A DNA stretch of 64,000 nt from Collinsella sp. Its GTDB lineage: Bacteria > Actinomycetota > Coriobacteriia > Coriobacteriales > Coriobacteriaceae. A program made the translations under genes and the position numbers. The notes beneath the pieces were generated by a model that was not told where the DNA came from, did not search any database, and saw only the letters and a list, made by a program, of their open reading frames with translations. Positions within the stretch are counted from its first letter, which is position 1. Every line of letters starts with the position of its first letter. Of this stretch, positions 47,540 to 57,072 are shown one piece after another. The stretch covers positions 7,609-71,608 of the forward strand of contig JAXEGS010000044.1 in the NCBI GenBank assembly GCA_034102905.1. Reading direction: 5' to 3'.

Positions 47540-49350
47540 TGCCGGGTCCCATGGGTTCGACTCCCGCCGCCGAGAGGGCGCGGGACTTCAAGGGCACGAT
47601 CCTCACGCTCGCGCGCTACATCGCCAAGGAGCGCGTGAAGCTCCTGCTCGCCGTCGCCTTCGCGGTGGCGTCGGTCGCCTTCAACGTCACCGGCCCGCGG
47701 ATCCTGGGCGACGCCACGACGGAGCTCTTCTCCGGCGTCGCGGCCAAGGTCGCCGGCACGGGCGCGATCGACTTCGCGGCCGTCGGGCGCATCCTCGCCA
47801 CGGCGCTCGTGCTCTACGTGAGCGCCGCCGCGGCGAACCTCGTCCAGGGCTGGCTCATGACGGGCATCACCCAGCGTGTCTGCTATGAGCTCAGGCGCGA
47901 GATCATCGAGAAGGTCGACCGCATGCCGCTCGGCTACTTCGAGCGCGTGAGCACGGGCGACGTCCTCTCCCGCGTCACCAACGACGTCGACACCCTCGGC
48001 CAGTCGCTCAACCAGAGCGTGACGCAGTTCATCACCTCGATCGCCCAGATCGTCGGCGTGACGGTGCAGATGGTGTCGCTCTCCCTCGCGCTCGCCGGCG
48101 TGACCTTCCTGACGGTGCCGATCTCGCTCGTCTTCGTGATCATCGTGGTCCGCGGCTCCCAGCGCTACTTCCGCCGGCAGCAGGCGCTCCTCGGACAGTC
48201 GGGCGGGATCATCGAGGAGAGCTTCTCCGGTCAGGACGTGATCCAGGTCTTCAACCGCCGTGAGCGCGCCGTCGCCGATTTTGACGAGGTCAACGGCAGG
48301 CTCTTCGACTCGGGCTGGCGCAGCCAGTTCCTCTCGGGCCTCATGATGCCGCTCATGAACTTCGTGGCGAACCTGGGCTACGTGGGCGTGGTCGTCGTCG
48401 GCGCGTTCCTGGCGATCGGCGGCTCGATCCAGATCGGCGACGTGCAGGCCTTCATGCAGTACGTGAGGAACTTCACGCAGCCGATCACCCAGCTCTCGCA
48501 GGTGTCGAACATGCTGCAGTCGCTGTCGGCCGCGGCCGAGCGCGTCTTCGAGTTCCTGGCCGAGGACGAGGAGGTGCCCGACGCGGACGCGGGGGCGCTG
48601 CCGCGCGCGAAGGGGACGGTCGATTTCGACCACGTCCGCTTCGGCTACACGCCCGACCGCACGATCATCCACGATTTCAGCCGCCACGTGGAGCCCGGTC
48701 AGACCGTGGCGATCGTGGGTCCCACCGGCGCGGGCAAGACCACGCTGATGAAGCTGCTCATGCGCTTCTACGATGTGGACGCCGGCTCGATCTCGGTCGA
48801 TGGCACGGACGTGCGCTCCTACGCCCGTGAGGACCTGCGGAGCAACTTCGCGATGGTCCTGCAGGACACCTGGCTCTTCAAGGGGAGCGTGCGGGAGAAC
48901 ATCCGCTACGGCAATGCCCAGGCGTCGGACGCCGAGGTGGAGGCCGCGGCCCGCGCGAGCCTCGCCGACCACTTCATCCGGACCCTCCCGGGCGGCTACG
49001 ACTTCGAGCTGAACGAGGACGCGAGCAACGTGAGCCAGGGGCAGAAGCAGCTCCTGACGATCGCCCGCGCGCTCCTGGCCGACCGGCCGATCCTCATCCT
49101 CGATGAGGCGACCTCGAACGTGGACACCCGCACCGAGGAGCGGATCCAGCGCGCCATGGACATCCTCATGGCGGGGCGGACGAGCTTCGTGATCGCGCAC
49201 CGGCTCTCGACGATCAAGAGCGCCGACGTGATCCTCGTGCTCCGCGACGGCGACATCGTGGAGAGCGGCACCCATGAGGAGCTGCTCGAGGCCGGCGGGT
49301 TCTACGCCGAGCTCTACGAATCGCAGTTCGACGAGGGCGAGGCGGAGTAG
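47539..49350 (+). CDS. ABC exporter half-transporter (TMD-NBD), consensus-site subunit
   Basis: 603 aa. Walker A GPTGAGKTT, Walker B ILILDEATS with the catalytic Glu present, and a degenerate signature VSQGQKQLLTIARAL. The start overlaps the previous stop (TGATG), and GGAAGGAGG lies upstream. Confidence 0.92.
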   Translation: MPGPMGSTPAAERARDFKGTILTLARYIAKERVKLLLAVAFAVASVAFNVTGPRILGDATTELFSGVAAKVAGTGAIDFAAVGRILATALVLYVSAAAANLVQGWLMTGITQRVCYELRREIIEKVDRMPLGYFERVSTGDVLSRVTNDVDTLGQSLNQSVTQFITSIAQIVGVTVQMVSLSLALAGVTFLTVPISLVFVIIVVRGSQRYFRRQQALLGQSGGIIEESFSGQDVIQVFNRRERAVADFDEVNGRLFDSGWRSQFLSGLMMPLMNFVANLGYVGVVVVGAFLAIGGSIQIGDVQAFMQYVRNFTQPITQLSQVSNMLQSLSAAAERVFEFLAEDEEVPDADAGALPRAKGTVDFDHVRFGYTPDRTIIHDFSRHVEPGQTVAIVGPTGAGKTTLMKLLMRFYDVDAGSISVDGTDVRSYAREDLRSNFAMVLQDTWLFKGSVRENIRYGNAQASDAEVEAAARASLADHFIRTLPGGYDFELNEDASNVSQGQKQLLTIARALLADRPILILDEATSNVDTRTEERIQRAMDILMAGRTSFVIAHRLSTIKSADVILVLRDGDIVESGTHEELLEAGGFYAELYESQFDEGEAE

Positions 49351-49668
49351 GGGAGCGGTCTCCCATCGAACGCGCTCGCGGCGCCGCCGCGGGGCAGGTC
49401 GGGCCATCGTGGCCGTCCGCCCTGCGGCGGCGCCTTTTGCGGCGGGGCGGGGGGCGGCCGCGGGGCGCATGCCGGGGCGGGTTCCGCCGACGCCGCGGGC
49501 CCACCAGCCGCGGGGTCCGCTGCCGCCCCGTGCCGGCCGCGATCCCACCCCGACGTCTCGCCGCGCCCCGGCCGCGATCCCACCCTGAGCCTCCCCGCGT
49601 CCCGACCGGCGCCATGCGCGGGGCCGCGATTCCCCTCGCACCCGCGGCAGGCGGGCGACCCGCGGGCC

Positions 49669-49832
49669 GAGTTGCGGAAATGACGGCTGTGCATGCTTTC
49701 CGAGAACAAGTTGACGGCTCTGCACACCCCCGTGCAGAGCCGTAAGAAACGCAACCGCTCTGAGCTGGCCTTTTCTCCCCGATACCCGGAGCGCGCCCCG
49801 CGCGGGGTGCAGAGCCGCCAAAAACGCAACTG
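49669..49832 (+). repeat. 164-nt nested-palindromic interspersed element, copy 2
   Basis: Same unit order and spacing as 20047-20210. The inner hairpin ACGGCTCTGCAC/GTGCAGAGCCGT (49714-49743) is perfect, while the outer inverted repeat is more degraded than in copy 1. Confidence 0.85.
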
Positions 49833-50099
49833 GACTCGCCACGAGCCGTCCACGAGCCGTCCATCTGCCGCGCCCGCGGGACCGCTCGCGAGCCGTCCAC
49901 CTGCCGCGCCCGCTGTCCCCGCTCACCGCTCGCGCCCGGCCCCTCGCCCCCGGGCTCCCAACTGCCCCGCACGCCGGAGACACCCGTCCTCATATGGAGG
50001 CCTGCGGCGAGCGTGCCATTTTCCCCCACGCGATGTAAAATACAGGTTTGATCGCTCCCGTATCCGGGCGCCTGCGGGCGCGAAGGAAGGAGATTTTCC

Positions 50100-50453
50100 G
50101 TGTCTGAGAACATCGCTGGGACGCTCTCCGTCTCAAACGACGTCATCGCCGACCTCGCCGGCTACGCCGCGCTCTCCTGCTACGGCGTGGTGGGCATGGC
50201 CGAGCAGCTCCAGGGCGCCGAGTCCGTGCGCCTGCTCGCCGGCCAGCGCCTGCGCAAGGGCGTGCTCGTCACCTCCACCGCCGACGGCCTCGCCGTCGAC
50301 CTGCACGTGGTGGTCGAGTCGGGCGTCAACATCAAGTCGGTCAGTGAGAACCTCGCCAGCTCGGTGACGTTCACCTTGGGCGAGATCGCCGAGATCGATC
50401 CGGCCAAGCTCACGATTGCCATCCACATCGACGCCATGAAATCACGCGCCTAG
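50100..50453 (+). CDS. Asp23/Gls24-family envelope stress protein
   Basis: 117 aa. GTG start preceded by GGAAGGAG. LSVSNDVIADLAGYAALSCYGVVGM. It sits at the canonical position upstream of yloV. Confidence 0.9.
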   Translation: MSENIAGTLSVSNDVIADLAGYAALSCYGVVGMAEQLQGAESVRLLAGQRLRKGVLVTSTADGLAVDLHVVVESGVNIKSVSENLASSVTFTLGEIAEIDPAKLTIAIHIDAMKSRA

Positions 50454-50486
50454 TCGCGCCGCGCACAAGTTGGAGTTGCACACCTG

Positions 50487-52160
50487 ATGATTGCAAAGAC
50501 CGTACGCACCTGCTTCCCCATCGCCGCCGCCGCCGTCGCCGACAAGGCGGAGGACATCAACAAGCTGAACGTCTTCCCCGTCCCCGACGGCGACACGGGC
50601 ACCAACATGTCCCTGACGCTCGCCTCGGTCGTGAAGGAGCTCAACGCCCTGCCCGCCGACGCCGACATGGAGGCCATCGCCGGCGCCATCACCCACGGCT
50701 CGCTCATGGGCGCCCGCGGCAACTCGGGCGTCATCACCTCGCAGATCCTGCGCGGTGCCGCCGAGGGCCTCATCGAGGCCCGCGAGCCCGCCACCGCCGC
50801 CGACATCGCCGCGGCCTTCCGCCGCGCCGTCAAGGTCGCCTTCCAGGCGGTCCGCAAGCCCGTCGAGGGCACGATCCTGACCGTCCTCCGCGACGTCTCG
50901 GTCAAGGCCGACGAGTGCGAGAAGCGCCGCTTCACGGCCGCCGAGGCGCTCGACGCCATCGTGGTCGAGGCCTACCAGTCCGTGGCCCGCACGCCCGACC
51001 TGCTCCCCGTCCTGAAGGAGAACGGCGTCGTCGACTCCGGCGCCTTCGGCTTCGCGATCTTCCTCGAGCACTTCGTCTCGGCCGCCCTCGGCCGCACGGC
51101 GAACATGGACGCCTTCCAGACCACCTTCGCATCGGAGGACACCGCCGACGACGCCCGCGCTACGGCCCTCGGCCGCGTGGAGATCGAGGCGAACGACGAC
51201 TGGGAGGGCTCGGAGTACCGCTACTGCAACGAGTTCCTCTTCAAGGCCGACGCCCCCTTCGACGAGGAGGAGACCCTCGCCTTCCTGGCGAGCATGGGCG
51301 ACTGCGAGCTCCTCGTGGGCGCATACCCCGACTACAAGATCCACGTGCACTCCAACACGCCGAACCTCGTGCTCGCGCACATGCTCGAGCTCGGCCAGGT
51401 CTACGAGGTCTTCATCCATAACATGGACATGGAGTCCCGTGAGCGCACGGCAAAGATCCACGCCGACCAGGACACCGCGCCCGCCGAGCCCGCGAAGCCC
51501 CTGGGCTTCGTCGCCGTGGCCGCGGGCTCCGGCGAGGCCGAGATCCTGACCTCGCTCGGGGTCGATGTCGTCGTCTCGGGCGGGCAGACCATGAACCCGA
51601 GCACGGCCGACCTCCTGGACGCCGTCTCGAAGGTCAACGCCGAGACCGTCGTGATCCTCCCCAACAACAGCAACATCCGCATGGCCGCCGAGCAGGCCGC
51701 CGCGGCCTCCGAGGACAAGCTCGCCGTCGTGGTGCCGGCCAAGACCGTGCCGCAGGCCTTCGCGGCGCTCTTCGCCGTGGTCCCGGGCGCGCCGGTCGAC
51801 GAGGTTATCGAGGCCATGACCGAGGCCCTCGCCGACGTCCGCGACGGCGAGGTCACCCGCGCCGTCCGCGACAGCCAGGCGAGCGACGGCACCCCCATCC
51901 ACGACGGCGACGTCATGGGCATCATCTCCGGCTCGATCGACGTCGTCGGATCGGACGTCGCCGAGGTCACGCTCGCCTGCATCGAGCGCATGCAGGCCGA
52001 GGAGGAGGGCGACTCCCTCACGATCCTCGCCGGCGAGGACCTGGACGACGAGGCCTTCGAGGCGCTCGTCGCGCGCATCGAGGAGGCCCAGCCCGATCTC
52101 GAGGTCGACGCGCACCGCGGTGAGCAGCCGCTCTACCCGGTGATCTTCTCCATCGAATAG
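50487..52160 (+). CDS. yloV: DAK2-domain fusion protein YloV
   Basis: 557 aa. LNVFPVPDGDTGTNM, plus a C-terminal DegV-like/uncharacterised domain. Conserved yloV-recG order. Confidence 0.92.
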   Translation: MIAKTVRTCFPIAAAAVADKAEDINKLNVFPVPDGDTGTNMSLTLASVVKELNALPADADMEAIAGAITHGSLMGARGNSGVITSQILRGAAEGLIEAREPATAADIAAAFRRAVKVAFQAVRKPVEGTILTVLRDVSVKADECEKRRFTAAEALDAIVVEAYQSVARTPDLLPVLKENGVVDSGAFGFAIFLEHFVSAALGRTANMDAFQTTFASEDTADDARATALGRVEIEANDDWEGSEYRYCNEFLFKADAPFDEEETLAFLASMGDCELLVGAYPDYKIHVHSNTPNLVLAHMLELGQVYEVFIHNMDMESRERTAKIHADQDTAPAEPAKPLGFVAVAAGSGEAEILTSLGVDVVVSGGQTMNPSTADLLDAVSKVNAETVVILPNNSNIRMAAEQAAAASEDKLAVVVPAKTVPQAFAALFAVVPGAPVDEVIEAMTEALADVRDGEVTRAVRDSQASDGTPIHDGDVMGIISGSIDVVGSDVAEVTLACIERMQAEEEGDSLTILAGEDLDDEAFEALVARIEEAQPDLEVDAHRGEQPLYPVIFSIE

Positions 52161-52167
52161 GAGCCGC

Positions 52168-54357
52168 ATGGCATCCGTGTCACACGGCTGCGACATGCCG
52201 CTGGCGGCCGACCGCCTCGCACGCGCCGGCGTCCTCGCCCGGGACGTCCGGCGCTTGCGCTATGTGAACGACGCCCGCGCCGAGGCGCTCGCCCGGCTGC
52301 GCATCGCCACGGTACGCGACCTCCTCATGCACATCCCCCGGCGCTACCTCGACTTCTCCCGCGCCCACACGATCGAGGCCGCCCCGCTCGGCCAGGTCGC
52401 GACCATCGTCGCCACGGTGGACCGCGTGGTCGAGAAGCGCCCCCGCCCCCGCATGGTCGTGACCGAGGTTCATCTCGTGGATGAGACGGGCGTCCTCAAG
52501 GCCGCCTTCTTCAAGCAGCCCTGGCTCTCCCGCCAGCTCGCGCCCGGCGACCGCCTGGCCCTGATCGGCAAGGTCGAGTTCGCCTACGGGTTCAAGCAGA
52601 TATCCGGTCCCACCTTCGAGCGGTTGGACGAGGGCACGCGGACCGGCTCGATCCTGCCCGTGCACCCGGCGAGCGAGGGGATCTCCGCCGCGTGGATGCG
52701 GCGGATCGTCTCGGGCGCACTCGAGGCCGCGGGGTCCGTGCCCGACCCGGTGCCCGCCCGCCTCCGCGCGCGCCGTCGCCTCATGGGCGAGGCCCGGGCG
52801 CTGCGCTCCATCCACTTCCCCCGCGCCATGGCCGAGGTGGGGGAGGCCCGCCGCCGCCTCGCCTACGACGAGGTCCTCTACCTGCAGCTCGCGCTCCGCC
52901 TTCGCAACGAGTCAGGTCTCGTGGACGTGCGCGCGCACGCGCACGCCGTGGGGGAGCGCGTGGCGGCCCTGCGCGCGGCGCTCCCGTTCTCGCTCTCAGG
53001 CGAGCAGGAGGCCGCCGTCGAGGACATCCTCGGCGACATGGCGAGCTCCGAGCGCGTCATGAACCGCCTGCTCCTGGGCGACGTGGGCACCGGCAAGACC
53101 GCCGTGGCCGCGGTGGCGCTCGCCGCGGTCGCCGACACCGGCACCCAGGCCTGCGTCATGGCGCCCACGGGCGTCCTCGCCCAGCAGTACACGAAGAGCG
53201 CGGGCCCGCTCCTCACCGCCGCGGGGATCCCCTGGGCGCTCCTGACGGGCGCCACGCCCGCCGCCGAGCGCGCCCGCATCCTCGCCGCGCTCGCGGCCGG
53301 CGAGATCACGGTCCTCATCGGCACGCATGCGGTCCTCTCCGACGACGTGGCCTTCCGCGCGCTCACCTTCGTGGTGATCGACGAGCAGCACCGGTTCGGG
53401 GTGGGCCAGCGCACGACGCTCCGCGCGAAGGGGCCGGGCGCCGACCTGCTCGTCATGACCGCCACGCCCATCCCGCGCACGCTCGCCCTCTCGGTCTTCG
53501 GCGACCTCGACACGAGCGTGATCCGCCACCGGCCGGTGGCCGGCGCGGGCGTCACGACCCGGATGCTCGCCGACGAGAACCGCGACATCGCCTACGGGGC
53601 CCTCCGCGACGCCCTCGCGACCGGCCGGCAGGCCTACGTGATCTGCCCGCTCGTGAGCCCCAAAGACGACGAGGCCGAGCTCGAGGACGTCCCCGGCCTC
53701 GAGCGCGACGACGAGGGCCGCCCGGCGTCGGCCCCGCCGCTCGTGGCCGCCACGGCCGAGGTCGAGCACATGCGCCAGATCCTCCCCGAGGCGACGGTGG
53801 GGCTCCTCCACGGCCGGATGCCCGACGCCGAGAAGACCCGCGTGATCGAGGCCTTCCGCGGCGGCGAGATCGACGTGCTCGTGTCCACCACGGTGGTCGA
53901 GGTGGGCGTGGACGTCCCGAACGCGACGGTGATGGTCATCGAGAACGGGGAGCGCTTCGGCCTGGCGACCCTTCACCAGCTCCGCGGGCGCGTGGGCCGC
54001 GGGAGCCTCGCGGGCACCTGCTTCATCATCTCGGCGGCCGCCGGCGGGCGCGGTCGGAGGAGCCCGGCCTGGGAGCGCCTCGAGGCCCTCGAGCGGACCG
54101 CGGACGGCTTCGAGCTCGCCGAGCAGGACCTCCGCCTCCGCCATGAGGGCGAGATCCTGGGCTTCAGGCAGAGCGGCGGGGTGAGCCTGCGCTTCGTCGA
54201 CCTCGCGGGGGACGCCGAGCTCGTTGAGGCGGCGCACGAGGACGCCGTCGAGCTCCTGCGCGGCGCCCCGCACCTCAGGTCGCGCTCGACGCTGCCGTTG
54301 CGCCATGAGGTCATCGATCGGTTCGGAGCCAGGTTCTTGGAGGTGAGCGGCGCATGA
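52168..54357 (+). CDS. recG: ATP-dependent DNA helicase RecG
   Basis: 729 aa. Wedge domain, Walker A GDVGTGKT, VVIDEQHRFG, LHQLRGRVGRG. Confidence 0.95.
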   Translation: MASVSHGCDMPLAADRLARAGVLARDVRRLRYVNDARAEALARLRIATVRDLLMHIPRRYLDFSRAHTIEAAPLGQVATIVATVDRVVEKRPRPRMVVTEVHLVDETGVLKAAFFKQPWLSRQLAPGDRLALIGKVEFAYGFKQISGPTFERLDEGTRTGSILPVHPASEGISAAWMRRIVSGALEAAGSVPDPVPARLRARRRLMGEARALRSIHFPRAMAEVGEARRRLAYDEVLYLQLALRLRNESGLVDVRAHAHAVGERVAALRAALPFSLSGEQEAAVEDILGDMASSERVMNRLLLGDVGTGKTAVAAVALAAVADTGTQACVMAPTGVLAQQYTKSAGPLLTAAGIPWALLTGATPAAERARILAALAAGEITVLIGTHAVLSDDVAFRALTFVVIDEQHRFGVGQRTTLRAKGPGADLLVMTATPIPRTLALSVFGDLDTSVIRHRPVAGAGVTTRMLADENRDIAYGALRDALATGRQAYVICPLVSPKDDEAELEDVPGLERDDEGRPASAPPLVAATAEVEHMRQILPEATVGLLHGRMPDAEKTRVIEAFRGGEIDVLVSTTVVEVGVDVPNATVMVIENGERFGLATLHQLRGRVGRGSLAGTCFIISAAAGGRGRRSPAWERLEALERTADGFELAEQDLRLRHEGEILGFRQSGGVSLRFVDLAGDAELVEAAHEDAVELLRGAPHLRSRSTLPLRHEVIDRFGARFLEVSGA

Positions 54358-54968
54358 GGATCGTCGCAGGGGAGTGGCGCGGGCGCAGGCTCGCGGAGCC
54401 GCGCGGGCGCGAGGTGACGCGGCCCACGACGGACCGGGTGCGCGAGGCCATGGCCTCGATGGCCGCCTCGGCGCTCGACGAGGGGATCGAGGGCGCCCGC
54501 GTGCTCGACGCCTTCGCCGGCTCGGGCGCGCTCGGGATCGAGATGCTCTCGCGCGGGGCCGCCTGGGCGACCTTCTACGACATCGACCGCCAGGCCGCCT
54601 CGCTCGTGGGGCGAAACCTCGCCGACCTTCGCTGCGACCGCGCGCGCTACCGCGTGGTCACGGGCGACGCGCTCCTCGCCGCCGAGCGGGGAGGCGTCTA
54701 CGGCGCCCCCTTCGACCTCGTGCTCGTCGACGCGCCCTACGCCCTCGGCGCGGAGCCGGCCGAGCGCCTGCTCGCGGCTCTCGCCGCGGCCGGGGCGCTC
54801 GCCCCGGGGGCGATCGCGATCGCGGAGCGCGCGGCCGCCGACGCGGGCCCCCGTCCCGCGGGCTTCAGCGTCCTCCGCGAGAAGCGCTACGGCGGCACGG
54901 CCGTCGACCTCCTGCGCCTGGACGCGCCCGCGTCCCCGTCCGAGCCGCCCGCGCCCCCGAGCCGCTGA
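54354..54968 (+). CDS. rsmD: 16S rRNA (guanine966-N2)-methyltransferase RsmD
   Basis: 204 aa. MRIVAGEWRGRRL, LDAFAGSGALGIE, DLVLVDAPY. The start overlaps the recG stop. Confidence 0.92.
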   Translation: MRIVAGEWRGRRLAEPRGREVTRPTTDRVREAMASMAASALDEGIEGARVLDAFAGSGALGIEMLSRGAAWATFYDIDRQAASLVGRNLADLRCDRARYRVVTGDALLAAERGGVYGAPFDLVLVDAPYALGAEPAERLLAALAAAGALAPGAIAIAERAAADAGPRPAGFSVLREKRYGGTAVDLLRLDAPASPSEPPAPPSR

Positions 54969-55033
54969 GGGCCCCGAGCCCGCGCGGCGCCGTACCCGCA
55001 TCCCGCATCCGCCCCGTCCCGATTGGAGCCCCC

Positions 55034-55537
55034 ATGACCGCCATCATCGAGCACGCGCTCGTCCCCGGCACCTTCGACCCCATCACCTTCGGCCACATCG
55101 ACGTCGTGCGCCGCGCCCGGCGCATCTTCCCGCGCGTGACCGTGGCCGTCGCGGCCTCGATCGGCAAGCGCGGCGGCACCACCTTCACCCTCGACGAGCG
55201 CGTGGCCCTCGTCCGCGAGGCCCTCGCGGCCACCCCGGGCGCCGAGGACGTCGCCGTCCTCCCTATGTCGGGGCTCCTCGTCGACTTCGCCCGCGAGCAG
55301 GAGGCCGGCGCCGTCGTCAAGGGCCTCCGCGCGATGACCGACTTCGAGTACGAGCTCCAGCAGGCCGACCTCAACTTCCGCCTCGACGCCGACCTCGAGT
55401 CCATCTTCGTCATGAGCGCCCCGCGCTACGGCTACCTCTCCTCGTCGGTGGTCCGCCAGATCGCCTCGTTTGGAGGGGATGTGTCGGAATTCGTCCCGCC
55501 CGCCGTCGTCGCGGCCCTGAGAGAGCGGTTCTCCTAG
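55034..55537 (+). CDS. coaD: Phosphopantetheine adenylyltransferase
   Basis: 167 aa. PGTFDPITFGHIDV, SSSVVRQI. Confidence 0.95.
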   Translation: MTAIIEHALVPGTFDPITFGHIDVVRRARRIFPRVTVAVAASIGKRGGTTFTLDERVALVREALAATPGAEDVAVLPMSGLLVDFAREQEAGAVVKGLRAMTDFEYELQQADLNFRLDADLESIFVMSAPRYGYLSSSVVRQIASFGGDVSEFVPPAVVAALRERFS

Positions 55538-55596
55538 GCCCCTCGCGGCTTGTGGTACCATCGAGTGCTGATAGCAACCCGTTGAAAGGAGACCGG

Positions 55597-56097
55597 ATGC
55601 CGGGCGAGTACCTTCCTGGCGAGAGGATCGAGAGCTTGGTCGATGAGCTTGAGGGCATCATCGAAGAGGCCAAGCCGCCTTTCGGCAAGAGCGCGCAGTT
55701 CAAGGTCATCGAGACCGATGTCTTCTTCAACATCCTCGATGAGATCCGCATGAGCTACCCCGAGGAGTGGCAGAAGTCCCGCCGCATCCTGAAGGAGCGC
55801 GACGAGCTCCTCGCCTCGGCGACGGCCCAGGCGGACTCCATCATCGCCGACGCCCAGCAGCAGGCGCTCACCATCGCCGGCGAGCAGGAGATCGTCCGCC
55901 TCGCCCAGCAGCAGGCCGATGAGATCCGCGACCGCGCGAACCAGTACGAGCGTGAGACCCGCTACGCCGCCGAGGACTACGCCGAGCAGGTCTTCACGCA
56001 CCTCGAGGAGAACCTGAAGTCGCTCACCGGCACCGTGGCCCGCTGCCGTCAGCAGCTGAACGAGGGCGCGAGCCAGCAGCAGAACGGCGCCTGGTAG
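55597..56097 (+). CDS. Conserved-position coiled-coil protein of unknown function
   Basis: 166 aa from ATG 55597 (AAGGAG upstream); the ORF is open from 55552. It is rich in Glu/Gln/Ala/Arg heptad-like sequence (IIADAQQQALTIAGEQEIVRLAQQQADEIRDRANQYERE) and has no recognisable catalytic motif. Confidence 0.65.
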   Translation: MPGEYLPGERIESLVDELEGIIEEAKPPFGKSAQFKVIETDVFFNILDEIRMSYPEEWQKSRRILKERDELLASATAQADSIIADAQQQALTIAGEQEIVRLAQQQADEIRDRANQYERETRYAAEDYAEQVFTHLEENLKSLTGTVARCRQQLNEGASQQQNGAW

Positions 56098-56098
56098 C

Positions 56099-56653
56099 AT
56101 GGGCGAGACCGCTCCCGTCCTCGTGGACCTCGCGGGCCGGCTCGAGAACCCCGGCGAGTCGCTCGCGAGCGCGGGCACCCTCGGCGTCTCCGCCTACCGC
56201 GTGGGGGAGAAGGAGCTCGAGCTCCCCTCGGGCATCTCCTACGACGTCGTGCTCACCAACGCCGGCGACGGCATCCTCGTCACGGGCCTCGTGCGCGCGC
56301 ACGCCGCGGGCTCCTGCGACCGTTGCCTCGACCCGGCGTCGGTTGAGATCGCCGGGGAGATCGAGGAGTACTACCTCTTCCGGGCCCCTGAGGACGCCGC
56401 GGAGGGCGATGACGACTTCGAGCTTTTGCCCGAGGACCGCGTCATCGACCTCGCCGGCCCCATCATGGACGCCGTGGTCATGGACACGCCCTTCGTCGTG
56501 CTCTGCCAACCCGAGTGCGCCGGGCTCTGCCCCACCTGCGGCGCCAACCTGAACGAGGGGGACTGCGGCTGCGCCGAGGCCGCCGAGGAGGCTTGGGTCG
56601 CGAGCGACGAGAACCCCTTCGCGGCGCTCAAGAACCTGAAGCTCGACGAGTGA
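56099..56653 (+). CDS. yceD: YceD/DUF177-family protein (large-subunit rRNA accumulation protein)
   Basis: 184 aa. Paired Cys motifs CDRCLD ... CPTCGANLNEGDCGC. It sits at the canonical position upstream of rpmF. Confidence 0.88.
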   Translation: MGETAPVLVDLAGRLENPGESLASAGTLGVSAYRVGEKELELPSGISYDVVLTNAGDGILVTGLVRAHAAGSCDRCLDPASVEIAGEIEEYYLFRAPEDAAEGDDDFELLPEDRVIDLAGPIMDAVVMDTPFVVLCQPECAGLCPTCGANLNEGDCGCAEAAEEAWVASDENPFAALKNLKLDE

Positions 56654-56686
56654 CGCCTCCCTCGTTATGGAAGGCTTATATTCTTC

Positions 56687-56714
56687 TGGACATACCGCAC
56701 AAGCATGCTAATAT
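56687..56714 (+). promoter_or_regulatory. Sigma-70-type promoter candidate for rpmF
   Basis: TGGACA (56687-56692), 16 nt, TAATAT (56709-56714), located in an AT-rich gap ~50 nt upstream of the rpmF ATG. Confidence 0.5.
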
Positions 56715-56764
56715 GAATCTCTGCGCGTGATCGTGCCAGGATAGAGTTATGAAGAGAGGTCAAC

Positions 56765-56944
56765 ATGCCAGTACCTAAGCAAAAAAAGGGCCGCGCGAAG
56801 ACGCATTCCCGTCGCTCCGCCAACATGAAGATTTCCGCTCCGGCGCAGTCCACCTGCCCCCGCTGCGGTTCGGTCAAGCTTCCCCACCACGTGTGCCCCA
56901 ACTGCGGGTTCTACAAGGACCGCGAGGTCATCGTCACCGAGTAG
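56765..56944 (+). CDS. rpmF: 50S ribosomal protein L32
   Basis: 59 aa, below the track cutoff: MPVPKQKKGRAKTHSRRSANMKISAPAQSTCPRCGSVKLPHHVCPNCGFYKDREVIVTE. Confidence 0.95.
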   Translation: MPVPKQKKGRAKTHSRRSANMKISAPAQSTCPRCGSVKLPHHVCPNCGFYKDREVIVTE

Positions 56945-57027
56945 CGCACTTCCCGGTAGCCGGAGGCGTGTTGAAGCTTCTCTTCATCGCAGGCGGGTCA
57001 CGTCCCGCATAGCGCGAATCTGATTTC

Positions 57028-57054
57028 GGCCGGCTCGGTGAGCCGGCCTTTTCT
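57028..57054 (+). terminator. Rho-independent terminator/attenuator after rpmF
   Basis: GGCCGGCTC-GGT-GAGCCGGCC followed by TTTTCT. Confidence 0.75.
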
Positions 57055-57072
57055 CGTTAGGGGGAACCCCTC

